Under the pieces are notes generated by a model, which was given only the letters and a program-made list of their open reading frames with translations, was not told where the DNA came from and searched no databases. Shown one piece after another: positions 12,026 to 24,427 of a stretch of 64,000 nt of DNA. This stretch comes from Gekko japonicus. Its lineage: Eukaryota. A program made the position numbers and the translations under genes. Each line of letters starts with the position of its first letter. Within the stretch, counting starts at the first letter, position 1. The stretch is from contig NW_015166427.1 of assembly GCF_001447785.1 (NCBI RefSeq), forward strand, positions 823,620 through 887,619, given 5' to 3'.

Positions 12026-12303
12026 AAGAAGAAGAGGAGGAGATTGGATTTATACCCCACCCTTCACTTGGAGTCTCAGAGCATCTTACAAACTCCTTTC
12101 CCTTCCCCTCCCCACAACAGACACCCTGTGAGGTAGGTGGGACTGAAAGAGCTCTGACAGAAACTGCTCTTTTTTCAAGAACAGCTCTTATCAGAGCTAC
12201 GGCTTGCCCAAGGTTATCCAGCCAGGTGCAAGCGGAGGAGTGGGGAATCAAACCTGGTTCTCCCAGATTAGAGTCCATGCACTTAACCACCACAACAAAC
12301 CGG
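12026..12303 (-). mobile_element. tRNA-derived squamate SINE (Squam3/MIR-like)
   Basis: (GAA)n tail, CCCTGTGAGGTAG core, reverse B-box GGGAATCAAACC; near-identical copy at 27891-28175. Confidence 0.75.
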
Positions 12304-13101
12304 TTAACAAAAAAGTACAGTAAAAGACTTGTTAACTGGCTTCCATGGAGAATGGGGATGCCAGATAACCTAATGTGCTGGTTAACAGAGCTTGTTTTTG
12401 GAAGCAGTGGTGAGCAGGCAGCTACACCAAGTGTAAGGTGGCCATACCCGAGATCTGGCCAAAAACAGCAGCCTCTTCCACCGCTGGTTGCTGCTGCTGG
12501 CCAGCAGGCCCAGCCTGGTGGTGGTGGTGAAGAGGGCAGCAGCCAAGTCCCAGGAACTTCATCTCTCCTTTCATTCATTATCTTGCTTTCGAGACACAAA
12601 ACAGCTCCTCCCCCATGTAGCTAAATTCAATAAAATGAACACTTGGAAGTTACCATCACAAAACAGCTTAAAACCATTTTAAAACACTGAAGAACTGCAT
12701 TTTATCTCAGTAAATGCAGGTCACAAACCCACAATTACTGAGTAAATAGAAAACAACAACAGGGCATTTGTAAGTAAGAATAAGGGGGAGATGGTTAACT
12801 CTACCCTGGTTTGTCTTCCCTTACAGATGCCCACCTCCTCGATGTTAGTGTTATGAGAATATAAGGCAAATATCCCAGACCCATGTTAATGTATATTAAT
12901 GCCTATAAATCAAATAACAAAACAAAACACTGGCCACAGTGATCCATGCGACGGTTGATGCTAGACTCTACCCTGGTTTGTCCTNNNNNNNNNNNNNNNN
13001 NNNNNNNNNNNNNNNNNNNNNNNNNNNNNNNNNNNNNNNNNNNNNNNNNNNNNNNNNNNNNNNNNNNNNNNNNNNNNNNNNNNNNNNNNNNNNNNNNNNN
13101 N

Positions 13102-13575
13102 GCCACAAGGGCCAGGTCCTTTTCAGTGGCAGCTCCTACCTGGTGGAATGAGCTCCCGGAAGAGATCAGGGCCCTGCGGGACCTTTTACGGTTCCGCAGG
13201 GCCTGCAAGACGGAGCTCTTCTGCCAGGCTTTTGAGTAGGAGCCGCCGCCGCCACCATCACCACCATCGTGCAACTGCAGAGCAGTTCCGCCGGGTTGGG
13301 CTGATTAGCCACCCGGAACATCTTGGCCCATGGCATCCCCCCCTTTTTTTGATCTCACGGTGATATACAATAGTGAGTGAGTATTTTAGTTGCTGATGTA
13401 TCCTGTATGATGTGAATTTTTGTCTTAAGTGTTTAACCTGTTTTATTTTTATCGCACTTTGGTGCCTTAATTGTTTTAATCTTGTTGTATTTTATTGCAC
13501 TGTTGTGCCTATGTAAGCTGCCCTGAGCCCGTGTGTGGGGAGGGTGGGGTATAAATGAAATGAAATAAAATAAAA
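13102..13575 (+). mobile_element. L2-clade LINE 3-prime end
   Basis: TRARSFSVAAPTWWNELPEEIRALRDLLRFRRACKTELFCQAFE* is a typical L2 ORF2 C-terminus; tail TGTAAGCTGCCCTGAG...AAATAAAATAAAA; 5-prime side lost in the N gap. Confidence 0.8.
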
Positions 13576-14187
13576 ATATGTATCCAGAAGAAATCCATCA
13601 CTTCATGTGAGGAAGCAATGAAGTGGAGTTGTGTACTGAATGAACTGTCTCGACACTCCAAAGAATTGGTTCTACTAGTTTCATCATTCCAGGCAGCATC
13701 TTTGTAGAGCCCCTGATGTTGCCCAACTGTGACATAAAGGGCCTGTTGCACATCATTTGACCAGGATGTGTGTGCAACAAAAGTGGGCTCTGGTACTTGC
13801 CCTTCTCACAAGCTAACCAGTCTACAGTGGCAACTGTGCAGGGCATTGTATGCACAGGTAAACTGCTCTGAGTTAACAAACCTCCATGGCAGAAAGCCTG
13901 CAAACTTGTATATGGGCACTATTCCCCTTCCTTGTTCACACTGTGATGGGCTTTATATGGAAACAACTGAGCACCGATGAAACACTTTTTTGCGCGTGCG
14001 CGGGAGGGGGGGAACTATCACAAGTAATTTTATTTTTATTTTACACTCTGGATCTTCAAATATGATTTTAATGAAGTTTGATGCTATGATGGGCTGGATG
14101 TCAAAGGTACAGATAATCGTGACAAGATTTACTTTTAAGGTGAAATGCTCACAAACAACTCTCTCGAGTGCACAAAGAGGCAATGCC

Positions 14188-14755
14188 TGCATTTCAATAC
14201 TGCTGAAGATGAACCAAGGAAATATTCATGCTATTCAGTTGCTAGACAAGCAATTCCCAGAACAGGCTGCCTGTTTCATCACCATTTTCATCTACTCTGG
14301 ATTAAGTCAGATAAATTAGATTTCTAGAGAAACAAGAACAGAAAAGGTGACCCAGAGGCTTGGAAAGATACTCCAAATGAATTCAAAATGCTTATATATA
14401 TACATGTATATATGAATGTTTGGTCTATTTACTTTGATTCAATCCACATATATGGATTGAATCAAAGTTAATGCATTTCAATACTGCTGAAGATGAATCA
14501 AGGAAATATTCATGCTATTCAGTTGCTAGACAATCAATTCCCAGAACAGGCTGCCTTTAACATCACCATTTTCATCTTCTCTGGATTAAGCCAGATAAAT
14601 TAGATTTCAAGAGAAACAAGAACAGAAAAGGTGACCCAGAGGCTTGGAAAGATACTCCAAATGAATTCAAAATGCTTATATATATACATGTATATATGAA
14701 TGTTTGGTCTATTTACTTTGATTCAATCCACATATATGGATTGAATCAAAGTTAA
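14188..14755. repeat. Tandem duplication, 284 bp x2
   Basis: Units start at 14188 and 14472 (TGCATTTCAATACTGCTGAAG); a handful of substitutions between them. Confidence 0.92.
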
Positions 14756-15144
14756 CAGGTCAAACACAGTGACTGGGGAAACTGGACTGCCCTAGCTGTG
14801 AAAAGCTCCAAGATCTTTATGGATGTCCAAGAGTGTTTTTGTAATTTTTATTGAGACCGATCCCATGGTAAGCCACCATTGATTTTAAAAGTGTTACTGG
14901 CTGAAGGTGCTGTGGCAGTAAAGGCTACAAAGAAATCCTCCGATTCCCTTATACATAAATGATTTCTTGGATCACAGTTCAGTTCATCTGAACATAAGTT
15001 AAGGAGGGAAATACAAATCAAATAAGAGTTATCTATGTTCTACAAAGGCAGACCTTTCTACTCAGAAAGCCGCCTTGAACCAGCTTGTCCGGCAAGGCGG
15101 GATACAAGTTGAAATAATAAATAAATAAAGGCAGCCATACTCAC

Positions 15145-15313
15145 CCCAATTCTGTCATGCCATCTACAAATTCCTTCTTACTGAATTCACACTGAGTGGC
15201 TGCCCTGAATTTCCATGCTATGACCAAAACGCTGATACTGGCAGGGTCCAAGCTTAAATCATCACAAAACTGCTGAATACCATCAATGCCAATTTTATTT
15301 TCATCCTGCGGGT
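15145..15313 (-). CDS. DCUN1D2: DCUN1D2 exon 3
   Basis: acacag|ACCCG...TTGGG|gtgagt; [57 protein letters not shown]; 169 nt. Confidence 0.96.
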
Positions 15314-17313
15314 CTGTGTTTGGAAAAGAACAAAACAGAACGTTATGTTTTACATTAAGAACTTGCAGACCATACTTCAAAATTTCATTATCACAAATCA
15401 TACTGCTCATCTATATTTTAGTCATAAAGTAAACTTTTTAAAAAATTCAAACTTTTGATTTATCTCCATAAAAGTCAAGTCCTAAATAGATAATTAGAGA
15501 TCACCTGATGAGCCTGAGCATACATAAAATGACATCTTTTTGTAAATTACTGATCTTCAGCATTACAGGAAAAATATATTTTAAACCAACACTGTGTCAT
15601 GTATGGCTAACTGTGCCTCTACCCTGCCCCCACACTTGCAGTCCCCAGAAAATTCCAGACACACTGTTTGGGGCTCTTTTCCGTATCTCTGTAGGCCTTC
15701 CCAAGCCCTGCAAAAATGAGAGTGGGATGAAGGACTGCCTGCATCATGAAATCGATACAGGTGGGTAGCCATGTTGGTCTGAAGTAAAGGTGCTTCTGGA
15801 CTCAAACTTTGTTCTGCATCATGAAATGTATTGCTCTTCCTTTCTCTGTATACAGAGGAGCATAGTGGAGTGGGCACTACTTTTCCCAGCCTGCTGCAGA
15901 TAAGTGGCAGGTACTGCAAAACTTATCTGTTTCTAAGACTGCACATGAATTGCTGAGAAACCAAATGCCTTGTGTGGTGTTATCACTAAACAGTGAGACA
16001 GCGATAAGTCTGAGGGGGTGGAGAGGACAGGAATAGACCACAGATGAGACTAAAGAAAACAGAGGGCAGACTGCAAACGTGATGATGTAGAAAAGAAAGC
16101 TAGGAGTTGCACAGAAGGGAAGGGTTGAAGAGAGTGTTACAGGATAAGAAACAGAGAGAGATACCTGAGAGACGAAGCACAGAGATATCGTTGGAGAAAG
16201 AGAATAAAAGGTCTAGAGACCAGTCTGAAAAAGAAGACTGAGAATACAATAAAGTGGGGGGGGGGAGTGAGGATTAACAGAGAGAAGCCCATGCTGGGGT
16301 AGTAAGAGAATGATATTGGGCGAACAGTTTTGAACGAAGTTAACAGAGATTTAAAAAGAAAACACCAAGTTATCTGCAGTTATGCCTTGTTATGGCCCAC
16401 TTGATTTAGTAAAAAAATGGTTCTCAGAATAATTTGTTGTGCAACCCTGTTTTAAAGAATCAGCAGTATAGCTCTAACCTTCTGCTTAAGCAGCCTTCCT
16501 CCAACAGAAGAACCATTAAAGTTAGGGTGAGGGAAGGATTCAAACTCTGCCCTGTGGAGTGGCAATATAAGGATAGGATCCATTCCAGTATATCTAATAT
16601 TAAACCTAACAGACAGATTCCTATAGGAAAGCAGTACAGTGTGACACACATACCCCTTAGACAAACTAAGGGTTTTCATACTCAGGGGATTTTTCCAAGT
16701 ATGCACAAAGCATAACTTTTTGGTTATAGATGTACTGCTAACGGAATGCTCTAATGTATCTAAAAACAATGTTCAAAAAAGAAATTCAACAGCACCTGGG
16801 GTCAAGTCATTAAGCATTAGTGGCAAAAAAAATCACAAGATGTGATGTAACAGTATTTTCAGGCAAGTATGCCAGCTCAGAGACTTAGAAAAGGGAATTC
16901 ATGGACCGCCCTTCACTCCACTTAATCCAGTGGCAAAATTCTTGGTTTAATTAGGAATACATCTATAACAGTTACCATCCAAAAGAACCATCTTTAATGC
17001 AAGAAAGACCCCAAACACGGACTGTTTTCAGTGCCTACTATATTTATTCAGGAAACAATATTAGATCTTAAAATAGCATATTACTACCAACTTCCTTAGG
17101 GAAAGGTCAGCCTGAGTGTTTTGTGTAGCAAAAAAATAGGAGGCTACAGAATTCAACATAATGAATTTATTCCACATGCCACAACAACTTAGTCATAACA
17201 TCAACAAGTTTATCTTCCCTTTTTTTCCTTAAGAATTATCACAAAATTTGAAGTAATATCCTCCAAATGGTACATTTGCATTTTTACTGTACAGATAACC
17301 TGCAAATGTTAAA

Positions 17314-17529
17314 GTGGTGGAAAGTGCTGTCAAGTCACAGCTGACTTATGGCGACCCTGTAGGGTTTTCTAGGCAAGAGACGTTCAGAGGTGGTTTGCCA
17401 CTGCCTGCCTTTGCGTCACGACCCTGGTAGTCCCTGGTGGTCTCCCAACCAAATACTAGCCAAGGCCTAGCCTTGCTTAGCTTCCAAGATCTGAAAAGAG
17501 CAGGCTAGCCTGGGCTATCCAGGTTAGGG
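17314..17529 (-). mobile_element. 5S-derived SINE (near full length)
   Basis: GGTGGTCTCCCAACCAAATACTAGCCAAGG...TGCTTAGCTTCCAAGATC (reverse 5S-like) plus RTE-like tail. Confidence 0.78.
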
Positions 17530-17666
17530 GTGAAGCACTTTAGTGACATCTCAAACATTGATGCTTGTTGTATTTTACACTGATCTGTTAGGAAGTATTT
17601 TCACCACGATCAGCTATTTGTGTTCTCCATAACCATAATAAAGATAAGCTTTTTCATCTACCTGAC

Positions 17667-17750
17667 TGCCAGGGACCTAGGGGATGTTTGGCATATTCCT
17701 AGCAAGCATGCCAGGGACCTAGGGGATGTTTGGCATATTCCTAACAAGCA
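17667..17750. repeat. Tandem duplication, 42 bp x2
   Basis: TGCCAGGGACCTAGGGGATGTTTGGCATATTCCTA(G/A)CAAGCA occurs twice. Confidence 0.92.
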
Positions 17751-18182
17751 ATGAGACATAATCGTGTACACAAGGAGAACAGATGTTCTGTTTTTAATAA
17801 TATGGATCAATCTGCCCTCCATCCCTTTCCCCAACATCCTGCCCTTGGAGCATTTATGCACACGAGACATCCTTTCTCTTCTTAATGACCCTCTTAATCT
17901 GTAGAATAACTGTTAATCTTAAATTCACTTCAATACTAATAAAACTGTTATGGCATGTCTTCTATTAGAGCAGCCAGGTGATTAAAGTACTTAATTAATT
18001 CACTTTTCTTTTAACTGATGAAATGTAAGCAGATTTGAACTTTACCAAAAGGGCAGCAGATATTTTTGAGACAGAGGATAAAATAATCTACATCTTACCA
18101 AATTATCACTCATTGTTATAAAGGGAAGTTAATCTTTAGTATATCTTTTTGTTACCTATTATAGGAGCATACCAGAGCATAC

Positions 18183-18411
18183 CAATCTCACCGATTAGCA
18201 AGGATTCACCAATACCATGACCGTAAGTTTAACAATGACAAACAGAAATTGTGTCCAGTAACACTCCATTACATTAGACAAAAACAGCCTAATAAAATAA
18301 CGTGCCCCATAACATGCAATCTCACCAATTAGCAAGGATTCACCAATACCATGACCATAAATTTAACAATGGCAAACAGACATTGTGTCCAGTAACACTC
18401 CATTACATTAG
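18183..18411. repeat. Direct repeat, about 95 bp x2 with about 40 bp spacer
   Basis: CAATCTCACC...CCATTACATTAG at 18183 and 18317. Confidence 0.88.
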
Positions 18412-19020
18412 TAGTTTTCAAAAAGCTGTTAGGATCACAGGGAAGTTGTGTCTCTTTCAAAAGGAAGCCAGTATGAATTCTGTGCTGGGAAAGAGCATCA
18501 CAGTAAAAGGCTGGAGGCAGGTGGACTGTTACAAACGTACACATTCCCTGTCTGCCACTCTTCCCCTTTTGGAATAGGAAGCAAGGAACTGAGTCTCACA
18601 GGCAAACAAGCGTATCATTTTTGTAGACTCCTGTTTATTAGTCAGCTAAAATGCTATTAAATTCAACAATTTAAACTTCTTTGCCCTAGGGCTGATTAGT
18701 ACCTTTAAAAAAGGTACTGGTCTCCACTGTGCTATTTACTTATCAATAACAAGGAACAGCTATTTGCTAGCAATATTACACTCCTAAGTAAATTTACAAG
18801 TGTCAATGAAATCTACATTGCTCTGAGTGCTGCTTTGGTAGTGGACAAGCAATATAGACATGAGAAGTGTGACGAGAAGTATAACCAAAGAGAAAATAAC
18901 TAGGAATACATAGACAAGAATTTTATGGGGGGATGTTTATGAATCAGATCTTGTATGCTTAGTCTGAAGCAGCATCTTCAGGGCTGAATGGTCTCACTAT
19001 GATAGAGTTTCTCTCTCTGA

Positions 19021-19405
19021 CATTGTGTGTGTATACATTCATATACATATATGTGTGTACACATTTATATGTGTATACATATAAAAAAACCACACACACT
19101 GCACCACAAAACTACATCCAAACTTATGCATGTGAAACATACTCGTGATCCTACATAAAATATCACAGGGGATTTAAAGGCAGTTATCAATTTATCTTGA
19201 TAAATTCACCACTGTGTGTGTATACATTCATATACATATATATGTATGTGTGTACACATTTATATGTGTATACATATAAATAAAAACACACACTGCACCA
19301 CAAAACTACACCCAAACTTATGCATGTGAAACGTACTCGTGATCCTACATAAAATACCACGGGGGATTTAAAGGAAGTTATCAATTTATCTTGATAAATT
19401 CACCA
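19021..19405. repeat. Tandem duplication, about 190 bp x2
   Basis: TGTGTGTGTATACATTCATATAC...TCAATTTATCTTGATAAATTCACCA occurs twice. Confidence 0.9.
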
Positions 19406-19524
19406 TTTATCTATCATGTCTCTAGAAGGCAGAAGCCCAAGAATGGCAAAGATTATAATAACTTTGGAAAAGGACAAAGATACCCATTAGCCATTTATAA
19501 CCAGTGAATAAAATAGGATCCAGA

Positions 19525-19814
19525 AGAGATTTCTCAAGTACTTTACGACAACTTGTAACAAAAATAGCAAGGAGACAATGACAGCAGAAAATCTTGTAGA
19601 TTTGGAATTTTAGAGAATGATGACTACTAAAACCACTAAAATGCAAACAATTTAACGTTAGCAAACAGATGAGAGATTTCTCAAGTATTTTACGATAACT
19701 TGTAACAAAAGCAGAAAAGACACAATGACAGCGAAAAATCTTGTAGATTTGGAATTTTAGAGGATGACCACTAAAACCACTAAGATGCAAACAATTTAAC
19801 GTTAGCAAACAGAT
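19525..19814. repeat. Tandem duplication, about 147 bp x2
   Basis: AGAGATTTCTCAAGTA...AACGTTAGCAAACAGAT occurs twice. Confidence 0.9.
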
Positions 19815-20042
19815 TAACAATTAGACACGAAGAAGCAAGCAGGTGCATTGCACTGTTTAATTTTTTTTTCTATCCAATGCATGCTCAGAGTCCTGGATTA
19901 CTGACACTAGCTTGCATCTAATGACAACCTTGAGCAAGAAGTGTGCAACAGGGGTAGTCAGCCCCCCACCCATACTACTTCTGTAGCCCAGTAGATCCCC
20001 GAGCATTGGGTACAATGTTAGGGTCTGCAGTGTGAGAGAAAG

Positions 20043-20259
20043 TAAGAATGGAAGATTAACTCACTTGTCAAGTTAACATCAGTCTCAAAATACCGATATC
20101 ATTTAACTTTACATTCCATGTTTAAATAAAAGCAGTTTACCAGTGAAAGAATAAGAATGGAAGATAACTCACCTGTCAAGTTAACATCAGTCTCAAAATA
20201 CCATTATCATTTAACTTTACATTCCATATTTAAATAAAAGCAGTTTACCAGTGAAAGAA
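20043..20259. repeat. Tandem duplication, about 109 bp x2
   Basis: TAAGAATGGAAGAT...CAGTTTACCAGTGAAAGAA occurs twice. Confidence 0.9.
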
Positions 20260-21770
20260 CTGCACGTCTAATTGGGACAAATTAAGCATATTCTCCACTG
20301 CTTCTGTAGATACCAAGCATTTAGAAGAAATAGAACTATTTGCCCTTAAAGTGGTTTAATCCTCAATTCATTTTAAATATGTATTATACATAAATACCCT
20401 AATCATACACGATTCAGTAACACATGCAAAGAAAACTTATTTCTGGAAAAAGATCACCCATGCTGGATTGGGGTATTGGTCATGCCGCACAAGAAAAATG
20501 AAAAACACCCCCTCCCCTGGCATTCAGCACCTGGGATAAAGCAATGGCCATAGGTTAAGCAGGCAAGACCCTCATGCCCAGCAGCATGTACCTAGCTCAA
20601 GTCAATAAATAAAAGCCTATGAATCCAGGAAGGAATCTTTTGTGCAGGGAAGGAATGTATAAGCAGACAGTTCTGAGTATTTATATTTGTGAACTAAATA
20701 TTTGTTACATTACTAGTTCTTAACGTCCTTCATGCCAATTTCCTGCTTAATTTTTTATTTTAAAAGCGCTGCAGGTAATTTTTCCCCTTCGTCAATGATT
20801 TATTAGCTATCTCAAGCTACAGACAATCATTTTTGTTGTAGTGTATGGGCACAGAGATGGAACCAAGAATGTTGTTTTTAAGTTCTTGGAATAGAATTTT
20901 TAGTTCAAATTCCTATGAAAGAATCAGTACACCTTTCTGTATACACTGGAACTTACAAAGCAAATCCACAGAACAGAATTTAGACTCATGCCTTGATATA
21001 ACTAAATATATCCACAATGAGATACCTTGCTAGACCAAGAATCATAGGCATAAATGAGATAAACATCCAATCACACAGGTGACAATATACACGACATATC
21101 TGCACAGGTTTCAACTATATTTGCACTTGGGTACATATTAGTATCCCAGTGCAGGTGGTAAGGCATCCAAGAGCACACTCCACTGAAAGCAATGCAGGGG
21201 GAGGGGAAGACACAGCATCAGTATTTGGATGCTCATTTGATTTATGCCCATAGTTCTTGGTACAGCAACAGATCTGCACATGTAGGTGTATCACAGGGCC
21301 ACAGTTTAACTGTAAAATTTTAATACCTTCAATTCAAGTCTTATGTGTAAGGAATCAAATGCTGTAAAGTACACATATTAGAGATATTATGTTTCACATA
21401 TACAAACAGTTAAATGGTTAGCGTTTCTTCTTAGCAGCAGTGCATTGTCTGCTGTTCATACTGTTTTAAAATTAAAAAATGAAATCACTCGATATAGAAT
21501 GCTGTTAGAGGGAACAGAAAAAAAAACCCCAGCTTCACACTTTAGAGGTTTTGTTTGCTACAGAAATATATAGATAGATCATTAAAACAGAATATTATGT
21601 TTATAGCTTGGGACTTCGAATGCTTACTTAGAAGTAACTTCCACAGGATTCAATGGGGCTTGCTTCTCAGTAAGCATGCTCAGGACTGAAACCCTTTTTC
21701 TCTTCCTTCTGGTGGTCTAAATTGAAGTAGAAATCAAGTTCAAAAGAAAAAGTGAAAAAATAAACCTTAC

Positions 21771-21987
21771 CTTTGTACCTGTTATACAATTGTTCTAATT
21801 TCTTTCTGTCTATTGAATTTTTCATGGATTCTTTGTAGTACAAGTCTGGGTTCTGGAAGTAGTTGTCTGTTGCCACTTCTAGTTTCCACTCATTCTGCAT
21901 TAAGCAGTATATAGCAGTCCTTTCACCAGCCTGGGTAAATGCCATAAACTGGCGGACCTTGTCCTTCTGAGACGATTTAAGTTTATG
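21771..21987 (-). CDS. DCUN1D2: DCUN1D2 exon 2 (UBA-like domain)
   Basis: cccaaag|CATAAACTT...TACAAAG|gtaagg; [72 protein letters not shown]; 217 nt. Confidence 0.96.
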
Positions 21988-24084
21988 CTTTGGGATGCAA
22001 AAGAAGCAGGAAAGCCAATGAAGCTAATCCAGAAGTTTGTTTCAGAATTCTACTACAATAGCCTATCTTTAAAAAGGATTTAGTTCTTCTGCTGAGTGAC
22101 AATTTTCACTTTAGAACAACAAAGAAATCCTTGTTCTTCTGTAATTAGTGACAGTACTTTCTTCTGAAAACTGAAATAACAGCATCTATAGGTACATTTT
22201 AATTTTTAAAAAATCCAAAAACAAATTTCAGTCTTAAGCTTTATATCCCTTGTTGTACCAGTGGCTTCCAACATAAAAGTACCTAAATTCTTCACATTTT
22301 AATTAAAGGTACAGAGCTTATATTTATTAAAAGGCAAAAGTACTGTAATAAACAAATGAGATTGGTATAAAAATAAAGCTCTGCCCTTAAAAACACAATA
22401 CATTCAAAGTTTTGAAAATATTTACATTGAATACATGTGAGGATGCAGCAGAGAACATTTTCAGAAGGCGGCACTTAATCCAACTTGTCTTTGGTTACAA
22501 AACAAAAAAGAAAATATGAAGTCACTTTAGATGTCCATTCCATCTGTTTAAATATTTCAGTTACATTTCAGTACTACCTACATGACCCTATAATACCTTG
22601 TGATTTTTATTTTGATGTGTTATTTAGGGACATCACTTATGATGGAGTTTCCTATACAAAAGTCACTTTTAGTTTAATAAATTGCATGAATTTGCTACGT
22701 AACTTATTCCACATGATAAGCTACATCTGGACTTTCAGATTTTCCAGTTAGGACATCTGTATGAACTGATCCTTACAGCTACTTCACTGAAGATGAAACT
22801 CTTGGCAAACATAAACTCATGTTTCCAGTTACAAATCAAACATTTACGGCTAGGCCAAATTTCTTGCTGCTCCTTTGCTGATTTTAATTCATAATCCACT
22901 TTTCACTGATAGGGTACGTGGAAAAGACTTCCTGTATTAATGCTTCTACAGGCAAATTGTATGTGTATATACACACATGCATATACAGTTTCAAATCATC
23001 AATAGTTTACTAATGAATGACAACTGCCAACTCCAAAACCAGGGCAGACAAGCCAGTTCCTTCTGCCTCCAATTTTAAATCCTCACTTAAATGTTGATTC
23101 CTCTATGAGAAGGTGCTCATTTCGACTCAGCGAGAGAATGGGGAAACAGTTCAACAGCGCCAGCGGGGGAACCAGAAAGGAGTGTGGAAGCGATCTGGCC
23201 CTAGCCAGACCTCTGTGATGTGAAAGGAAAAGCCTTGTTGGACAAACACACCCGTACACCTGCAGCTCTGGGGCAGCGACAAATCAACCTTCTCCAGTTC
23301 TCCACAGAACAGGTCGCGGCTTCTCAGGAAGCCAACAAGGCTGGCAATTATTAGGTTTTTTTTTCATAAGCGTTAAAAGTCTTGGGGTTAATCTGTAAAC
23401 AAGCAGGAGGGACAACAACAGCGCGGGGGGCCAAGAAACGCGTGTGGAAGGGGGAAAGAGAGGTCAGGCTCCAGCAGCAACCTGCCAGCTTCTCCCCTGC
23501 CCAAAAAAGGGAAAGGTACGTGTCGGTGCCGAGAGTTAGCCCCCGTCCTACTGCCGCCGCCGCCGCCACTACGAGCCTGTGCGTGGTCCCAAAAATACCA
23601 ACACGCAGGGGGGGAGAGAGACGAGAGACAACCTCCCACTCCCACGCTCTTCCTCACGGGAGGCAGGACCGGGGGAGGAAGGAGAAGGGGAATGAAATCT
23701 TTGGGCCTCTCTTTCCCGCGCGGGATGTTTTCGTCCGCGGTCCCGCTCGGCTCCCTCACGACCTTCCTTCCTTCATCCACCGGTGTGTGTGTGTGTGTGT
23801 GGGGGGGTACACGGGATTTGAGGAGGGGTGCGAGAGAGGGGGGGAAGAAGGGAAGGTCGCTGCTCTGCTTTTTGCTTTGAGGCGGAGGCTATCCCAGCCT
23901 CTCTTCTCTCTCTCTCCACCTCCCCCGCCCCCAGGAGGAGCTTTCTCCGCTTCCTATCTAACAACACACGGAGGAGGGGGGGGGGTATCACAACCGGTGC
24001 AGTTGCTCTCTCGCTCTCCCCCCTCCTCCTCCCGCCCTCACCCGACCTTGCCCCCCTCCCATTCCATTCTCCTCAACCGCCTGC

Positions 24085-24087
24085 CAT
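24085..24087 (-). CDS. DCUN1D2: DCUN1D2 candidate coding exon 1 (ATG only)
   Basis: Exon 2 begins in phase 0 with CAT (His2), so an ATG-ending exon is required. Best candidate in the CpG island is GAGCCGGAGGATG|gcaggc, which would need a GC donor. No ATG|gt found by eye. Confidence 0.4.
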
Positions 24088-24252
24088 CCTCCGGCTCTAA
24101 CGTCAAGAAACCTCGTACTCCGCTCTTTTCCTCCCGCCACTCCGGCGCTTAGGTGAAGTTTAGTTTTTTCCTGTACCGCCAACTCCGGCTCAGAGGCAGA
24201 GCGCCGGGGGAATCAACAAGGCCCAACGAGAGAGGGAAAGAAGGGATGAGGA

Positions 24253-24427
24253 ACTACATTACCCATGGTACACTCCGCCGCAAACTAGACGGCGCCTTTT
24301 CCCAACTATCCTTCCCCACAATGCATCGCGAAGCAGGGAGCCGGGCCGGGGGGGGGGGGGGGCGGGTTTCACGGCTGGACGGAGCACCGAGTTCAGAGGA
24401 AAGGGAACTACATTTCCCATAAGGCTC
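24253..24427 (+). promoter_or_regulatory. Three ZNF143/Staf (ACTACA-SBS) motifs
   Basis: ACTACATTACCCATGG (24253), TTCCCCACAATGCATCGCG (24312-24330; 18/19 match to the Staf consensus), ACTACATTTCCCATAAGGC (24407). Confidence 0.75.

Larger units (their letters stand above)
5776..24087 (-). other. DCUN1D2: DCUN1D2 gene span (DCN1-like protein 2, neddylation co-E3), 7 coding exons, 259 aa
   Basis: Exons of 3+217+169+131+83+97+80 nt = 780 nt splice in frame to [30 protein letters not shown]...[20 protein letters not shown]...[26 protein letters not shown]. The MHKLK start and head-to-head position with TMCO3 favour DCUN1D2 over DCUN1D1. The upper boundary depends on the tentative exon 1. Confidence 0.93.

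Noticed and set aside
12024-12624. 191-aa and 132-aa ORFs in DCUN1D2 intron 3
   Set aside because: Largely read through a SINE; chance ORFs
17667-20259. CRISPR-like or satellite array
   Set aside because: Eukaryotic intron; each repeat has only two copies and the units are unrelated to each other
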